DNA of 64,000 nucleotides, taken from assembly GCF_000143415.4 (NCBI RefSeq), contig NW_003314300.1:594825-658824 (forward strand), read 5' to 3'. This DNA comes from Selaginella moellendorffii. Lineage: Eukaryota > Plantae > Lycopodiophyta. A model generated the notes under the pieces. That model had not been told where the DNA came from. It made no database searches and was given only the letters and a program-made list of their open reading frames with translations. Position numbers and translations under genes: made by a program. Each line of letters begins with the position of its first letter. The first letter of the stretch is position 1. Positions 25,745 to 38,575 of this stretch are shown one piece after another.

Positions 25745-28700
25745 TTAGTGATGTATCCTATTAGTTGGATCTTCCTGCAGAAATGTCTAATGTTCATAAT
25801 GTATTTCATGCTAATCTCTTGGCCCCTTACACTATGGATGTTGCAGACAACAGGGAGATTTGTCTGCCACCAGATATTGTGGACGGTGAACCAGAATACA
25901 AAGTTGAAGCTATCTTGGATTCTCGGTTGGGCTCGTGCGAAGGAATATCTAATTAAGTGGAAATGTTACCCGTCTTGTGAATCAACTTGGGAACCTCTTA
26001 GGAATCTCTTATTATAAATCTTGCAAATCAATAAAATAATATTTTTCTATAAATCAAAGTTTCGTTTCTCTAGTTCATTGGTACTTGGGTCAATTATGGC
26101 AGGCTGACTTCGGCACTTCGGTGCATGGGATCCATAACCATAGGGATAGCTATTATAGACTGATCACAAGTCCCTGCCTCTCTCTCGATGATTCATTTTT
26201 GAAAAGGGGTCGTGTAAACAACTTAATTTGCCAGTTTATAATAGTTGTCTAAATCTTCCCAACGAGGTTGATTTCTTGCTCAGAGGAAGTTGGGCCTCTA
26301 GCCTTCTCCCTATATTCCTGCGGGCAAGGATGTATCATTCCTTTGTAAGCCAAGTGGTACTCGAAGCAGCAAGGGTGGCTAACTCTGTTAGTCATTTCCT
26401 TGTCAGTGACGGCCGAAGGGTGTCTAAATTTTAACGTCTTTGGATGTAGAGGAGAGGTCGTTCCATAACTCATTTAAGTCGGTTCGTTTCCCACATAGTG
26501 TCCTTTCCATTAACTTTCGAAGTTGTTTCTTTGACGGTTTGCTAAACTTGGGTATGCATCAATGAGGACATCAATCTTCCCCAAGGGGGGGAGAGTGTCG
26601 CGAATATGACATCGGGTATCGAAAAATATTTGTCGGCTAGTCCTTATGGACACTCTTTCCTTACTGCTATGACGGTAAGAGGTCGGTACAATTGGATCCC
26701 TTTGGTAACCCCGCTTGTGCTAGTGGAGTTAACTGGGCATTTCGAGTGTACTTAGACCAGATGAGCATAAGGACGGAATTCCTACGTGCTATTAACTAAG
26801 CATACTTAGCTTGGTAAGGAGTTCCCGTCTTGTTATGTCTTACACTAGCTAGTGACAAGAACCCTCGGGTATTGAGACTAGTCCCTCAATATCACTAGAT
26901 GATAGCTTACCGTGTCTACTAAACACCCTCGCTATCATGCCTTTTATGTTAGCCTCATTTCGGTCCCAAATGCTATTTATGAAAAATGTCTAAATTCGCT
27001 CATTTGGCATATTTACGGAATGTAAAGATTGGCTTAAACACAATAGTGTTCGTCCCATGTCCAAATTCGCAATCTAGAAACATTCTATATTTAGTAAGTT
27101 TCAAGTTTGTCCCAGAGATTAACTCTTGGTACTAAGGGAGGTTTGGGGTGAAAGCCCAAAACGTGTATTCCTTAGGGGGGGGGTGTTCTAAATGTGTATA
27201 ATAGGGATAGTGGTTGACTCTCGCTAGGTTATCTCGCTCTTTGTTTTACATCTGGCTTAGGTTTAAGCCCAAACTCCACATTGCTTTAGTCAATGGGGTA
27301 CCCCTCTTCCTTGCATTAGGCCACCGGTATACCAAAATTGTGCCAGACACCATTTGACACCATTTTGTGTGCAGGTGTTGGATATGGGGAGCTGGTGCTC
27401 ATGGGATTGTATCGGACCCTTGTTTCGTAGCATAACAGGCTTGGAGTTTAGCTTCAAAATTCAGGTGTGCTACACTTTTTTTGTGCGTCTTTTTATGTAG
27501 AGTAGTGTTTTTCCTTTGAATCAAGTTTTTTTGGATCTATGGCAGTAGGAGTATTAGACTGAAAGCATTGAAGACCATAGCCAAGAATCCAAAAGGGTGA
27601 ATCTTGATAACTATAATGTAACACACATAGTTTTCACCCTTTATCCTTTAGTGCACGCAGTCCCCTTTAAATTCTCCTAGTACTGTAAGGATGAACTTAG
27701 CATGGTCTCATGCTTAATTAGGTGCTACAATTACTCAAAAACATCTATTTATCTATCTATCTATTGTCTTTCAAAAATTTACTGAAGGAGAGAAGGAATA
27801 AAAGGTTAGTTCTATGCATTAGTTTCAAATATTGACTTAGTCTGAGACATTTTCTAACAGCAATTGAAGGTTGTCTTTGATCTTCTAATAGCAAGACATA
27901 ACTAGAAAAAAAAAACCCTGAAACTCTAAAATATGTTGTATAAAGGTGTGAGTCATCCTTAAATAGTAAAGAAATTAATATTATATTGGAAAATATAGCC
28001 TAAACCTATACATGTAATATCCTAAGCATTAGCTATCAACTTTCAATGTTTGAATTAATTTAGTACTTACTTGCTTTTAGTTTTACTAATTTCTAAAATA
28101 TGCAATATATTTTTGGTTGCATATTCTAGATAAATTCAATTATTAAAGGTATATTTGGTGATGTGTTGGGCACTAAAAACCCTTCAAATGGAAATCCTCC
28201 TCTAAAATCATTGCTCACAAGTCACTCCCTTTAGTGCACATCACTAGTGTCATAGGTACCCTTGAGCCCATTAGGCCACAAGTGTCATGGGTATGGCACT
28301 TCGAGGGTATTCCAGCAATTTGCCAGCCAAAAAACTTAGCTTACATGGATTTGCCATGTAATCCACTTTCCACATAATCTCATTTTGGTGGGTCTGCACT
28401 TCCATGTAAGCTCATTTTGGCATGGAACCCAATTTCCAGAAATATTGTGAGAAAAAGGTGTTAGGTGCCATGATGGCAGGGCATTTTGATCCAGATTTCT
28501 ATCAAGTTAAGCGTTGTGATCAACTAGTATTTCAATAGTGGTGAGAGCATCTTGGTAAAAGGTATGAATCTAAATATCCTATCCAGTCTATCTCTATCTG
28601 AAAATCCTTGTTAGAAGCACTATCGATCATTGGTTGAACGTTTTGGCGCACAATGTCCTTCTGTCTTGAGGAGCTGAGACAGGAATTTGTGCTCAAGGTA

Positions 28701-29009
28701 TTTTGCTTTATTCTCTGAAGGTTTAAAACTCTACTCTTTGCCATGAAGTTTTCCTGAGCCCCTCCAAGATTCTAATCAAGAGCTTCCTCCAAGCATTTCC
28801 AGAGCCTCTTCTTGCTTCCAATCAAGCATTTCTAGAGCCTCTTCCCATAGCTACACGGACATTTCTAGAGCCTGGTTCGCTTTTTTTTTATGTTTATACG
28901 TCTGTCTCATCTCTCATTTTTCCAGGCCGATTTACCTGAAAATCAAGAGCCTATCATATGAACGAGTGTTTGGGAGCAGCAAGAATTTTTAGAAGAAGAA
29001 GTTCCTTGC

Positions 29010-29540
29010 AACATACTGCCCATCCGTGTTCTTGGACGGGCATTGCAAGGTAACACAATCTTTCGCAGCTATGACATACTTTACGTTTTCCCATGGACGA
29101 TGGCTGGGAAGCATTCTTTAGCGGTGTCAAATACATCGAGCACTTTGACAACGTTTGATTCGACCGCAGATTCGTGCCTTTGGGTTACGAGACAGCTCTC
29201 TTAAAGTTCCTGGGGACCGGCCTCAGCTGCTCGCCAGCAGAAGTGGACGCCTCCAAAACAGCGAGGCTCTAATAGTTTGGCGAGATCTTCTCAACAACAT
29301 TCTCGGGCAGCAATTCTACCGAAGAGATTCACTCCAGTTCTAGCGACATGATACAGGTGCTACTCATGCACTCCGGAAAGCCAGAGTCGAGGCTGAACAT
29401 CGAGGAGGCCATTGAATTTCGCAAGAGCTGCAAATGTAGAATGTGCGAAAGGTACCTGAGTATGAGCCTCCAATTCGCGCAGGTGGAGACAGAGCACAAG
29501 GAGCTTGTGATGACGATCCGGACCCTCAGGAACGTTGCTT
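29010..29540 (+). pseudogene. Decayed protein-coding remnant of unknown family
   Basis: Higher-GC, coding-like frame with several stops (VFPMDDGWEAFFSGVKYIEHFDNV*...MIQVLLMHSGKPESRLNIEEAIEFRKSCKCRMCERYL). Confidence 0.3.
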
Positions 29541-29678
29541 TATACATTGGAATCAAAGTTGGTTTATACATTGAAATTCCGTCTAGGAAACCAATCATTG
29601 TCTTAAAAACCAATAAACCAACATCGCCCATATAAAAGACATTTTTTTTCTTGCGTGGGATCTCCTTGTTGGAGAGCC

Positions 29679-29703
29679 GGAGAGAGAGAGAGAGAGAGAG
29701 AGA
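29679..29703. repeat. (GA)n microsatellite
   Basis: Visible GA run. Confidence 0.9.
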
Positions 29704-30791
29704 TCTTTTGAAATATCTTTTGAAATGTGAATGCATCAAGTCCATCAAATTATCTCCCTATGCATTTTTAAAGAAGAAAAGAATGCATCCAATGAAAGAC
29801 ACTAGTGATATAAATATTATTGAAGGTTATACTTATGATAACTCTTCAATCCAGAGCAGTTCAATCCTCTCAAATGAAAGATTTTCATCATGTCGTGATT
29901 TTTTACTCTACCAAGTGTGAAGTTGCAAATGATTAAGAATCAAGCATTCTATAACATAGTGTGAAGAAAAATAGCTTTACTGGCATTGGAATAATACTAC
30001 ATCTAATCACATCCCACCTAAAAATATATTTTGTCTTAAACATTATAATAACTAATTAAGATAAAAAACTCACTCTTGGTTGCTATTCACTAGGAAAATT
30101 TTGGAATATATAAAAATGAAATTTAAATGAAATAATATGTTTAATTTAACAATTATAGAATAATAAAATTAATATTATCAAGTAATAATAACTAATTTGG
30201 AATGACAATATAATATAATAAAATAAATAATGATTGAAACTGCTTATTTGAAATAAGATTAAATTTAATCAATGATGAATGTAAAACTAAATTAAAATAA
30301 TATTATATCTAGAAGAGAAATTATATGAAGTTTCATTTCTATACATTCAAGCTAGCAACATGAAGCATGATGAAGATAAATAAATAGTGGTAAAAATATT
30401 ATGATTTTAAATTTAACTTTTACTATATACGTGTTTAAGAGAAAATTTATAAAGCTTTATCTACCATAAAAAATCAATCTAAATTTAATAAAATTCAAAG
30501 AATAGTTATATTATATTTTTTAATGTTTACTTGTATTTACCACACATAATACACATATACACATAGAAATGTACCAAGGTCAGAGACAATGATATTTTAG
30601 AGACCATATTGAAATACACTAAATTTATACTATGCTAAATATGCTTTTTTTGGAACCCAATTAAGAAGCATAAGTAATATTAATTTTGGAAATTATAGAA
30701 ATTTTATTAAATATATGGGCCAGTTAATTATTATTCACAGAACTAAAACATGTTAGATTTTGTATTTCTATAAATTCTGAAGAAAAACAGC

Positions 30792-31525
<734 letters not shown>

Positions 31526-31658
31526 CGAAGAAGCCCTAACTAGATTCTTTCATATCCGGGGTTTAAGATTTCCGACCTTTTATGCAAATATAATGCTCCA
31601 AAATAACCTTCAAAATACTTTATAAAATGTGCACAAATACAGTGAAAATCCATCCAAG

Positions 31659-32424
31659 TTATTTACAGCTATTTTGTTCACCTTGACCAGCAGCAAAGCA
31701 TTGCATATCCCAGGGTGCAGGAAAATGAACAGCCTCAGCATGTGGTATAGAGAAGCTCTGATAAACAAACCTGGAGCGCAGCAACAGATTTGTTGTGCTA
31801 CTTTCTTGATGCAATTGAAATATCCAACTTACACCCTAACAGGAGGTCTTGACATTACCGCCGAAAGCTGCACATCCTCGTCCCCTGTGTTGATAATCTG
31901 TGCATAGGAATGCGTGCTGAATCGAATGGTGATTTTCCCATTACACAGACCTGGTGGACTGAATTTGGAGGAACCGCTATGGTGCTGTTTTGTGAGAACT
32001 GGAACTGGGTGGTTTCACCCGGATGCTCCAATCCTGGTTCTGCCAAGAGCAAAGTTCCGGTCCCTTTGAGCACCAAGAGGACTTCTTCGCAGTCGTGGCG
32101 GTGAATTGGAGTGCCAGATCCTGGAGCAAAAGTCTGGAGCCAAACTTCTATCTGATAGGAAAGAAGATGAAAATGTGAGCTATTGTGTGGTTTTTCAGGA
32201 CCTCTTTCATGCCGTGGTGAACCGCTCCGGCCACAGTGATGTGGGAAATTCCAGAAAGGCCGTAATTTCCTTCGGAAATATCAGAGAGGTTTCTAACAAC
32301 TGGAAGAGAGAAAAATAAGAGAGAAAGCAAACCAAGAGTTCTGAAATGAAATACCTGAAGAAGAGGGTCTTGAAAAAAGCGTAACGAAGAGAAGCATCCA
32401 AACCAAAACACTCTCCATCCACAT
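31659..32424 (-). CDS. ABP1: Auxin-binding protein 1 homologue (copy 2), 5 exons
   Basis: Signal peptide MWMESVLVWMLLF...; [25 protein letters not shown]; IEVWLQTFAPGSGTPIHRHDCEEVL; ends FPAPWDMQCFAAGQGEQNSCK*. Confidence 0.92.
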
Positions 32425-33358
32425 ACCCTAAAACAGAAATAAGCAGAAAATGTTGAAACTCAACACTTTTTGTTTGTAACTAAAGTGAATACGTGCTATT
32501 AAAGTTAACCATATTATGATAAGAAATTCATAGAATGTTCCATCAATCTTTTATCTTTTTCGCGGAGCCGCTGTCACAAACTTAAATTTCGCCTTTACAA
32601 AGTCACAGAGAAAACAAAAATCTGAAAATTAAAGAAGTCCGTCAACCCACTGCAGATGCCACTGGCTCCACTCCACATCTGAATCATCTTTTTTTGATGA
32701 ATCACGAAAGCTATCGTAGCATTCAAGCGTCCCGTGGAATCACGAGCAATGTGCCAGTGATCCATCAAAATCAAGCCTCCGCTTTAGCTTGACCAGATCG
32801 AGATATGGCAGCAAGAAACTCTCTGGAAGTTGACGAGACGGGAGAATTTTAGCTGCGAAAACACGGATGATCAGCATGGAGGATTTAGTGCGCTGATGCT
32901 GGCGGTGAGAATTTCTGTTGGCGCTGGCGAAGAGTACAAACTCTTGTCAGCTGAAAACTCTCTCGCCAGGGAAAGTTTTCGCATTTGATGCAAGCCAAGC
33001 GCGAGAGACCCACCAGCCTTGAAATCGTGTCAGCTGACAACCCGGTCGTGGATCATGCTTGGCTCGCACAATTCTCTCGGCCGCTTGCCAGAGTCGATCG
33101 TTCATAAGCAAACCGTGAAGTTGGATCGATCCAACCAACGACCATAACGAACTTCATTCTCAGCTGACACGGGTTTCCCAGAAAACAGTTTTCGCTGCTT
33201 TTGTCTCAAGAGGATCAACTGGAGGAGCGGAAGCTTCCGGCAGTGACCATCCATCTCTCAACACTTCTCCTGAAAAACCAAAGAGAAAAACTAGAAGAAT
33301 CAGTGCTTTGAAAACCCATGAAAAGTCACGCACTACTCCCTCCCTAGATCGAGATCTT

Positions 33359-35968
33359 CTATCTGATCAAGCTGGAATAGCTGAAGCTCGGGGGAGTCAC
33401 GTACGCCATCGAGACGCTCTCCCGCGACGCGGTGATGTCCACGATCGCCTCCGTCTGCACCGAGAAGTGGAACGTCATCGGCGGCTCCTCCACCTCGCGC
33501 TTCCCCTCGATCATCCGCACGACCTCGTCCATCGCCGGCCGGGATCCGGCGTTCTCCTGGATGCACCACAGCGCGATGTGGACGAGCCGCGTCGCCACCT
33601 TCTCGCTCGCGGAGCTCCGGACTTTGGGATCCACCACGCCCATCAAATTCCCCAGCCGGACCTCGTTCACCACCCACGCCGGGAAGTACCACGCCAGATC
33701 GATGTTCATCCTCGACACCTCCAAGTTCTTCCGCCCGCCAATGATCTCGAGAAGAACCATGCCGAAGCTGTAGACGTCGCATTTCTTGGTGGCGATGGAA
33801 TGGAGCAGCCATTCCGGGGCCAAATATCCAGGCGTTCCTCGCACACACGTGATGACCTGGCTCACATCGTGGTCGTCCAATTGCTTGGACATTCCGAAAT
33901 CCGCCACCTTTGCCACGAAGCGATCGTCGAGTAGGATATTCTGGGGCTTCACGTCCAGGTGGATAATAGGCTCGCTACACTCCTCGTGGAGATAGGCCAG
34001 GCCACGTGCCGTGCCCAGAGCGATCTCGATCCGGCGATCCCAGCTGAGCGTTCGGAGCTCCGGGGATCGATTCCCATCCCCAATTCCCTCCGCGCCGCCA
34101 CCGCCGCCGCCACCGCCACTACCGCCGCTGCTACCGCCGCCGCCAAACAGCCACCGATCCAGCGATCCATTGGGCATGAATTCGTAGACGAGCATGCGCT
34201 GCGAATCCTCGAGGCAAAATCCGCACAGCCGGACGACGTTCATGTGATTGATGCTCCCGATCGTCGCGACCTCGGCGATGAATTGTCGCGCGCCCTGCGT
34301 GCCAGTGCCCTCGAGCTTCTTCACCGCGACGTGCCGCCCATCGCCCAGGAATCCCTCGTACACCGATCCAAATCCCCCAGCTCCAAGCTTCCGGGAGAAT
34401 CCCTTGGTCGCGGACGCGAGCACCGAGTAGGAGAATCGCTGGGGCAGCCCGCGGACGCTCGAGAGCACCGCGTTGAGATCGCTGTCGGCCTTGTTCTTGC
34501 GGCGATTCCTCCACACCAGGACCGCCAGCACCGCTGCCAGGACGATCGCGGCGGCGGCGATGCCCGCCACGAGCTGGACGACCCTGTTCTTGGATCCACC
34601 GCCCTCCGGCGCGGCCATGGAGATCGGACCCATCAGGAGCTTGGCGTTCTGGAACTTGATGAAAGCGTCCACTGCCGGATCCTCCGCCATGCTCCCGATC
34701 ACCGCATCGCCCACGAAGAAGCACTCGCGGGATCGATCGTTGTAGAAGAGCGCCATGCACTGGCAATTGGAGAGGCAATCGGTGGAGCACTCCTGGAGCG
34801 AGGATCGCTTGCTGGGCGCCACGAATCCGGTGGAGAAGTAGCGGATCCCGGTAGCGTTGAGGAAGTGGTGATTGTAGATCTCGTTCTCGCAGACCATCGG
34901 CTGGGGGATTCCTGTGCTTGGGGCCGAGCAAGCGCCGCCGCCGCTAGCATTCCCGCCAAAGCTCTCGTTCCCCTTGCTGTGGATCTCCACGCATCGGCAT
35001 TTCCCTCCGGCCTCGCAGATCCCATAGGGGCCGCAAGCCAGCGGCAGCTTGCACGGATCATCGCCCGAGAATCGTGAGTCGGGTAGCCAGTCCGAGGAGG
35101 ATCGATCCAGGCCATAGACGACAAGGTCGCCGTTTGGATCCAGCCTAAGAAACGGAAGAACGAGAGGATCGCTTCTCCTGGAAGCCAAGATCTCGAGAGA
35201 TTTCCCGGCGCCGCAAGAATCGTGGCCGAGAATGAGATTGTTCCCGGAGAAGCCAAGAGCCGCCGGGCATGACGATGATGATCCTTCCAGCCTCCAGAGA
35301 TTGTATGGCTGGGATCGCAGCGAGAGCGTGAGGGTTTCTTGTGAGACCGCCGCCGCGAAGAATCCCTGCGAGAACTGCGTCGCCGCGCTGCCATTCCTGG
35401 CCGAGCTCGTGAGGCTCATCCCGGATTTGAGCGCTTGCCCGGGCAGCATCGTGTCGCCGGGGGAATCGAAGCTCTGCCATATCCTAGCGCCGCTCTCGTC
35501 GAAGAAGGCGAGATTTCCCGATTCCTCCAGCTCGATCCCTGCGATGCCGTTCACATCCAGCTTCCAAGTGAGCGATCCTTGAGAGTTGAGAAGGATGAAC
35601 TTCTTGTGCGTCCCCGTGAGCAAAAGGCTCGATCCATCGCCGGTGGAGCCGGTCCTGTTCGCGATCCACACCGGCACCGCCGCGCGCGCCTTGCCGCTGG
35701 CTGGGCCCTGCATCATCACGCACAGGAAGAAATCGCCGGTGGCATTGGGATCGAAGAACGCGAGCGCGAACGTCCCGTTGTCGCTCGCGAAATCCACGCT
35801 GCCATTGCCGAGAATCCGATACTTCCCTGGCCCGCTCGCGATCGAAACCTCGGTGAGATTCGCTAGATTGTTGATGCGCTGCCCTGGCGCGAGATCATAC
35901 TTCACGGCCTGCGAGAATCCCGTCGTCGCGACGATCGCAAGGAGGCGCCATAGAAGTAGCATTATCAT
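33359..35968 (-). CDS. G-type lectin S-domain (SD2-like) receptor-like kinase, non-RD, intronless
   Basis: 869-aa ORF: signal peptide, B-lectin (PVWIANR, WQSFDSPGDT), EGF-like CKLPLACGPYGIC, PAN domain, TM, kinase GAGGFG/VAVKKL/HLDVKPQN/DFG/GTPGYLAPEW. Confidence 0.95.
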   Translation of the reverse strand: MIMLLLWRLLAIVATTGFSQAVKYDLAPGQRINNLANLTEVSIASGPGKYRILGNGSVDFASDNGTFALAFFDPNATGDFFLCVMMQGPASGKARAAVPVWIANRTGSTGDGSSLLLTGTHKKFILLNSQGSLTWKLDVNGIAGIELEESGNLAFFDESGARIWQSFDSPGDTMLPGQALKSGMSLTSSARNGSAATQFSQGFFAAAVSQETLTLSLRSQPYNLWRLEGSSSSCPAALGFSGNNLILGHDSCGAGKSLEILASRRSDPLVLPFLRLDPNGDLVVYGLDRSSSDWLPDSRFSGDDPCKLPLACGPYGICEAGGKCRCVEIHSKGNESFGGNASGGGACSAPSTGIPQPMVCENEIYNHHFLNATGIRYFSTGFVAPSKRSSLQECSTDCLSNCQCMALFYNDRSRECFFVGDAVIGSMAEDPAVDAFIKFQNAKLLMGPISMAAPEGGGSKNRVVQLVAGIAAAAIVLAAVLAVLVWRNRRKNKADSDLNAVLSSVRGLPQRFSYSVLASATKGFSRKLGAGGFGSVYEGFLGDGRHVAVKKLEGTGTQGARQFIAEVATIGSINHMNVVRLCGFCLEDSQRMLVYEFMPNGSLDRWLFGGGGSSGGSGGGGGGGGAEGIGDGNRSPELRTLSWDRRIEIALGTARGLAYLHEECSEPIIHLDVKPQNILLDDRFVAKVADFGMSKQLDDHDVSQVITCVRGTPGYLAPEWLLHSIATKKCDVYSFGMVLLEIIGGRKNLEVSRMNIDLAWYFPAWVVNEVRLGNLMGVVDPKVRSSASEKVATRLVHIALWCIQENAGSRPAMDEVVRMIEGKREVEEPPMTFHFSVQTEAIVDITASRESVSMAYVTPPSFSYSSLIR

Positions 35969-36046
35969 CTTCTCATGGGGGAAGCTCCGCTAGCTCCCTA
36001 GCGAGAGGATTTGAACTGGTGGACATTCCGCCACGTAAAGTAGACA

Positions 36047-36161
36047 GTGTCCACCGTCGATCCAGACTTTTTCACCGTTGGATCTAATCTGGTGGATCAA
36101 ATAATAAAAGTGCTGTCACCGTTGGATCTTTCGTCGTGGCAAACATGCACCGTTGGATCCA
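36047..36161. promoter_or_regulatory. Cluster of 3 CACCGTTGGATC motifs plus one variant (MSA-like, AACGG core) in a divergent promoter
   Basis: Copies near 36051 (variant CACCGTCGATC), 36073, 36117 and 36148; reverse complement GATCCAACGGTG. Confidence 0.45.
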
Positions 36162-36636
36162 AACTGGCGATTCTGGGAATAATCAATGCCCTCGTTTAGG
36201 GTTTATGCGAGAAACAGGGGTGCGGTGCTGCATTTCCAGCGGTCAGTGTGCTGATCTTGACGCTTCCCAGAGGGAAAATCACGCAGTTTTACCTACATTG
36301 GCCGGCCCATTCATCCGCCCATTGATTGTGGCGCACAGTACTTCCAGCAAGAAAGAAAAAAGAAAGATCTGCGAGGAGCGTGACCGGTCCCAGTGATCGC
36401 TGCCAGGCGCTGTTGGGCGATGGTTTTCTTCACATTGCTGGAAGGAGGGTAGAGAATGGGTGTTTTCTTGTGGCGATTTAATGCCGCTGCCGGCGATTTG
36501 CAAGGAATTTACTTTGCGCTTGAGACTGGAGGGGGATCCCTTTCGTTCTGGGCCTCTTCTTCTCTAGCAGTGGCTTGCTAGATTTGAGAGGAAGAGTTGG
36601 AGCATTCATTCTGCTCCAGGGCCTCCCTAAGATTCA

Positions 36637-38284
36637 ATGACGCTGCTTCTCGTTTTGCTGGCCGGTTGCTACGCTCTCACATTCGCTGGCTCTCCAGGAG
36701 CGTCAGCGAAGGAAATGCAAGCAGTCACCCGCAGCGATGGAATTTGCAAGGAGCTCGTCGCTCCTCACGGTTTCCACTGCGAGGAGTTCATGGTAAGTTT
36801 GATTGGAATGGTGACTTTCCTTTCATTTCTCACATCTCTCACTCCTGTGTGTTGTGACTCTTCTTCTTCCAGATCCAAACTCAGGACGGATACCTTCTGG
36901 GACTGCAAAGAGTTTATCGCAAGATACAGAAGAGTGGTCGCACAGTTATCCTCTACCACGGCATTGACAATGTAAGTTCTTCCAGGAGAGGTTCCCGTTT
37001 CGTCGCTAATTTTCTGGATCGAAGCATTGCAGGGTGGAGATATCTGGCTGCTGAATCCTCCGAGACAATCTTTGGCGCTCATGCTTGCGAATCGAGGGCA
37101 CGAAGTCTGGATCCCAAACACGAGAACGAGCACGTATAGCTACGGCCATGTTTCGCTCAGCAAAGATGACAAGGTTCCTGGAAATCTTTTCTTTTACGCT
37201 CTTTCTATGCCATAGCCTTTGTGTTCTTCCTTTTTACTGTGAAAAGCAATTCTTCTTTTTCCACAGATGTATTGGGACTGGAGCTTGGACGAGCTCGTGA
37301 ATTACGATCTCCCAGCAGTGGTGGAGCAAGTTACTGCCAAAAGTGAGACGCAAAAAGTTGACTTTGTTGCGTATTCCCAGGTAAGTTTCTTTTTTCAAGG
37401 GTGATTGTTTCGTGAGATCTGGCTGGATTTCAGTCTTCTCAAGCGTTGTTGGGAGCATTCTCCGAGGGCAAATTGGTGGATCAAATCTCCAAGGCAGTGA
37501 TGATAGCTCCTGTGGCTTATGTCTCGCACACAACCAGTCCAATTGCTCTCATAGCTACCAGGTTTAATCTTGGTCTAGTTCTCGTCGGCCTCAACATCTA
37601 CGAATTCAATCCCAGATCGTAAGCTACTCGAGCTAAAATTCTATTTTTTCACTAGCTGGGTCTCCGACTTACAGGACTTCTGGAGCAAAGATCCTGGAAA
37701 CTCTGTGCGTCACGGTCAACATTTGCGAGAGTGACATTCTATCACTGATAACAGGTCTGTGGAGCGCATGTTTTTGTTTCTTAAAAAACTAAAGCTTGGA
37801 TCTCTCAAAGGCCCCAATTGCTGCGTTGACGACACAAGGATGGGATTTATAAACAAATACGAGCTCCAGTCGACCTCTGTCAAGAATTGGAACCATCTGG
37901 GACAGCGTAAGCCAAAAAAAACAAAAACTCATTTTTCCTAGGAAACAGTGTCATGCTGGCCGATCTTTTGCTCCTCCAGTGTTCCAGAAGAAAAGCTTCA
38001 CCAAATTCGACTATGGCGAGAAGGAGAACCAGGAGCGCTATGGCACGAAAGGAGTGCCAGAGTACTTGCCCTCGAGAATTCCCACGGATATCCCGATGAT
38101 GCTCATCCACGGCGGGAAAGATGCTCTGGCCGATCCAGACGACGTCCACAGGCTCTTGGGCGAGCTCAAACAAACTCCAGAAAAGGTCCTCTTCTTGCCG
38201 CACTACGCCCACTTTGACTTTGTTCTTGGGACAAGCGCGAGCAAAGACGTCTACGAGGGCATCGTCAACTTCTTGGAATCGTGA
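36637..38284 (+). CDS. Acid triacylglycerol lipase (LIP1-like alpha/beta hydrolase), multi-exon
   Basis: Signal peptide; GICKELVAPHGFHCEEF; HGIDNGGDIW; YWDWSLDELVNYDLPA; AYSQS; KDALAD; YAHFDF. Confidence 0.9.
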
Positions 38285-38367
38285 AGGGTTGACCAAGACG
38301 TGGACTTGTTCACTGGAGTGTTGACTGTATTAGTCAACTTGCTGCTAAAGACGCTTATCATAATAAT

Positions 38368-38439
38368 GTCGATGTAGTATAGTGGTGAGTATTTCCGCCT
38401 GTCACGCGGACGACCCGGGTTCGATCCCCGGCATCGGCG
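38368..38439 (+). tRNA. tRNA-Asp (GUC)
   Basis: Acceptor GTCGATG/CATCGGC; anticodon loop CTGTCAC; T-arm GGTTCGATCCCC; TTTT terminator at 38451. Confidence 0.97.
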
Positions 38440-38575
38440 AATAGCACAGCTTTTGCGCCTTTCACGAACAAGAAGCGATGTTTTTCCTTTCACGAGAGAT
38501 GGGCGATCGCAATGGGACAAGAATAAGAATGTTCTTCACACTCTTTTCCCGATTGCGAGGGCTTCGATTGCGAGG

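Larger units (their letters stand above)
11410..26017 (+). pseudogene. Family-B gag-pol, unit 2 (interrupted at 11594-19972 and 24166-25744)
   Basis: gag (NLRREV|LKLKKEN; KTWWRQ); zinc knuckle CFHCGESGHMSLEC; protease MIDIGATHN; RT MCIDYRALNK...LYIDDVLVFS (21844-22641); RNase H; integrase 23383-23889; chromodomain 25880-26017. Many stops. Confidence 0.9.
7241..27474 (+). mobile_element. Tandem (three-LTR) Ty3/gypsy chromovirus, family B, with nested insertions
   Basis: LTRs at 7241-~8053 (3' truncated), 10302-11217 and 26597-27474. PBS TGGTATTAGAG after 11217. PPT before 10302 and 26597. CTTTT at 7236-7240 and 27475-27479. Confidence 0.9.

Noticed and set aside
28338-28412. 12-bp inverted repeat AGCTTACATGGA/TCCATGTAAGCT, and short direct repeats at 28790-28875
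   Set aside because: Possibly a DNA-transposon remnant, but no termini or TSD could be defined.
29940-30760. Very AT-rich tract
   Set aside because: No ORF, termini or periodicity; treated as intergenic.
32700-33260. Faint PPR-like peptide (DRLWQAAERIV...DRVVS) on the minus strand
   Set aside because: Too short and disrupted to support a call.
33308-35993. Antisense and alternative-frame ORFs over the GC-rich RLK genes (also 57350-60204, 41528-42549, 53623-54512)
   Set aside because: Shadow ORFs from high GC3; no recognisable domains.
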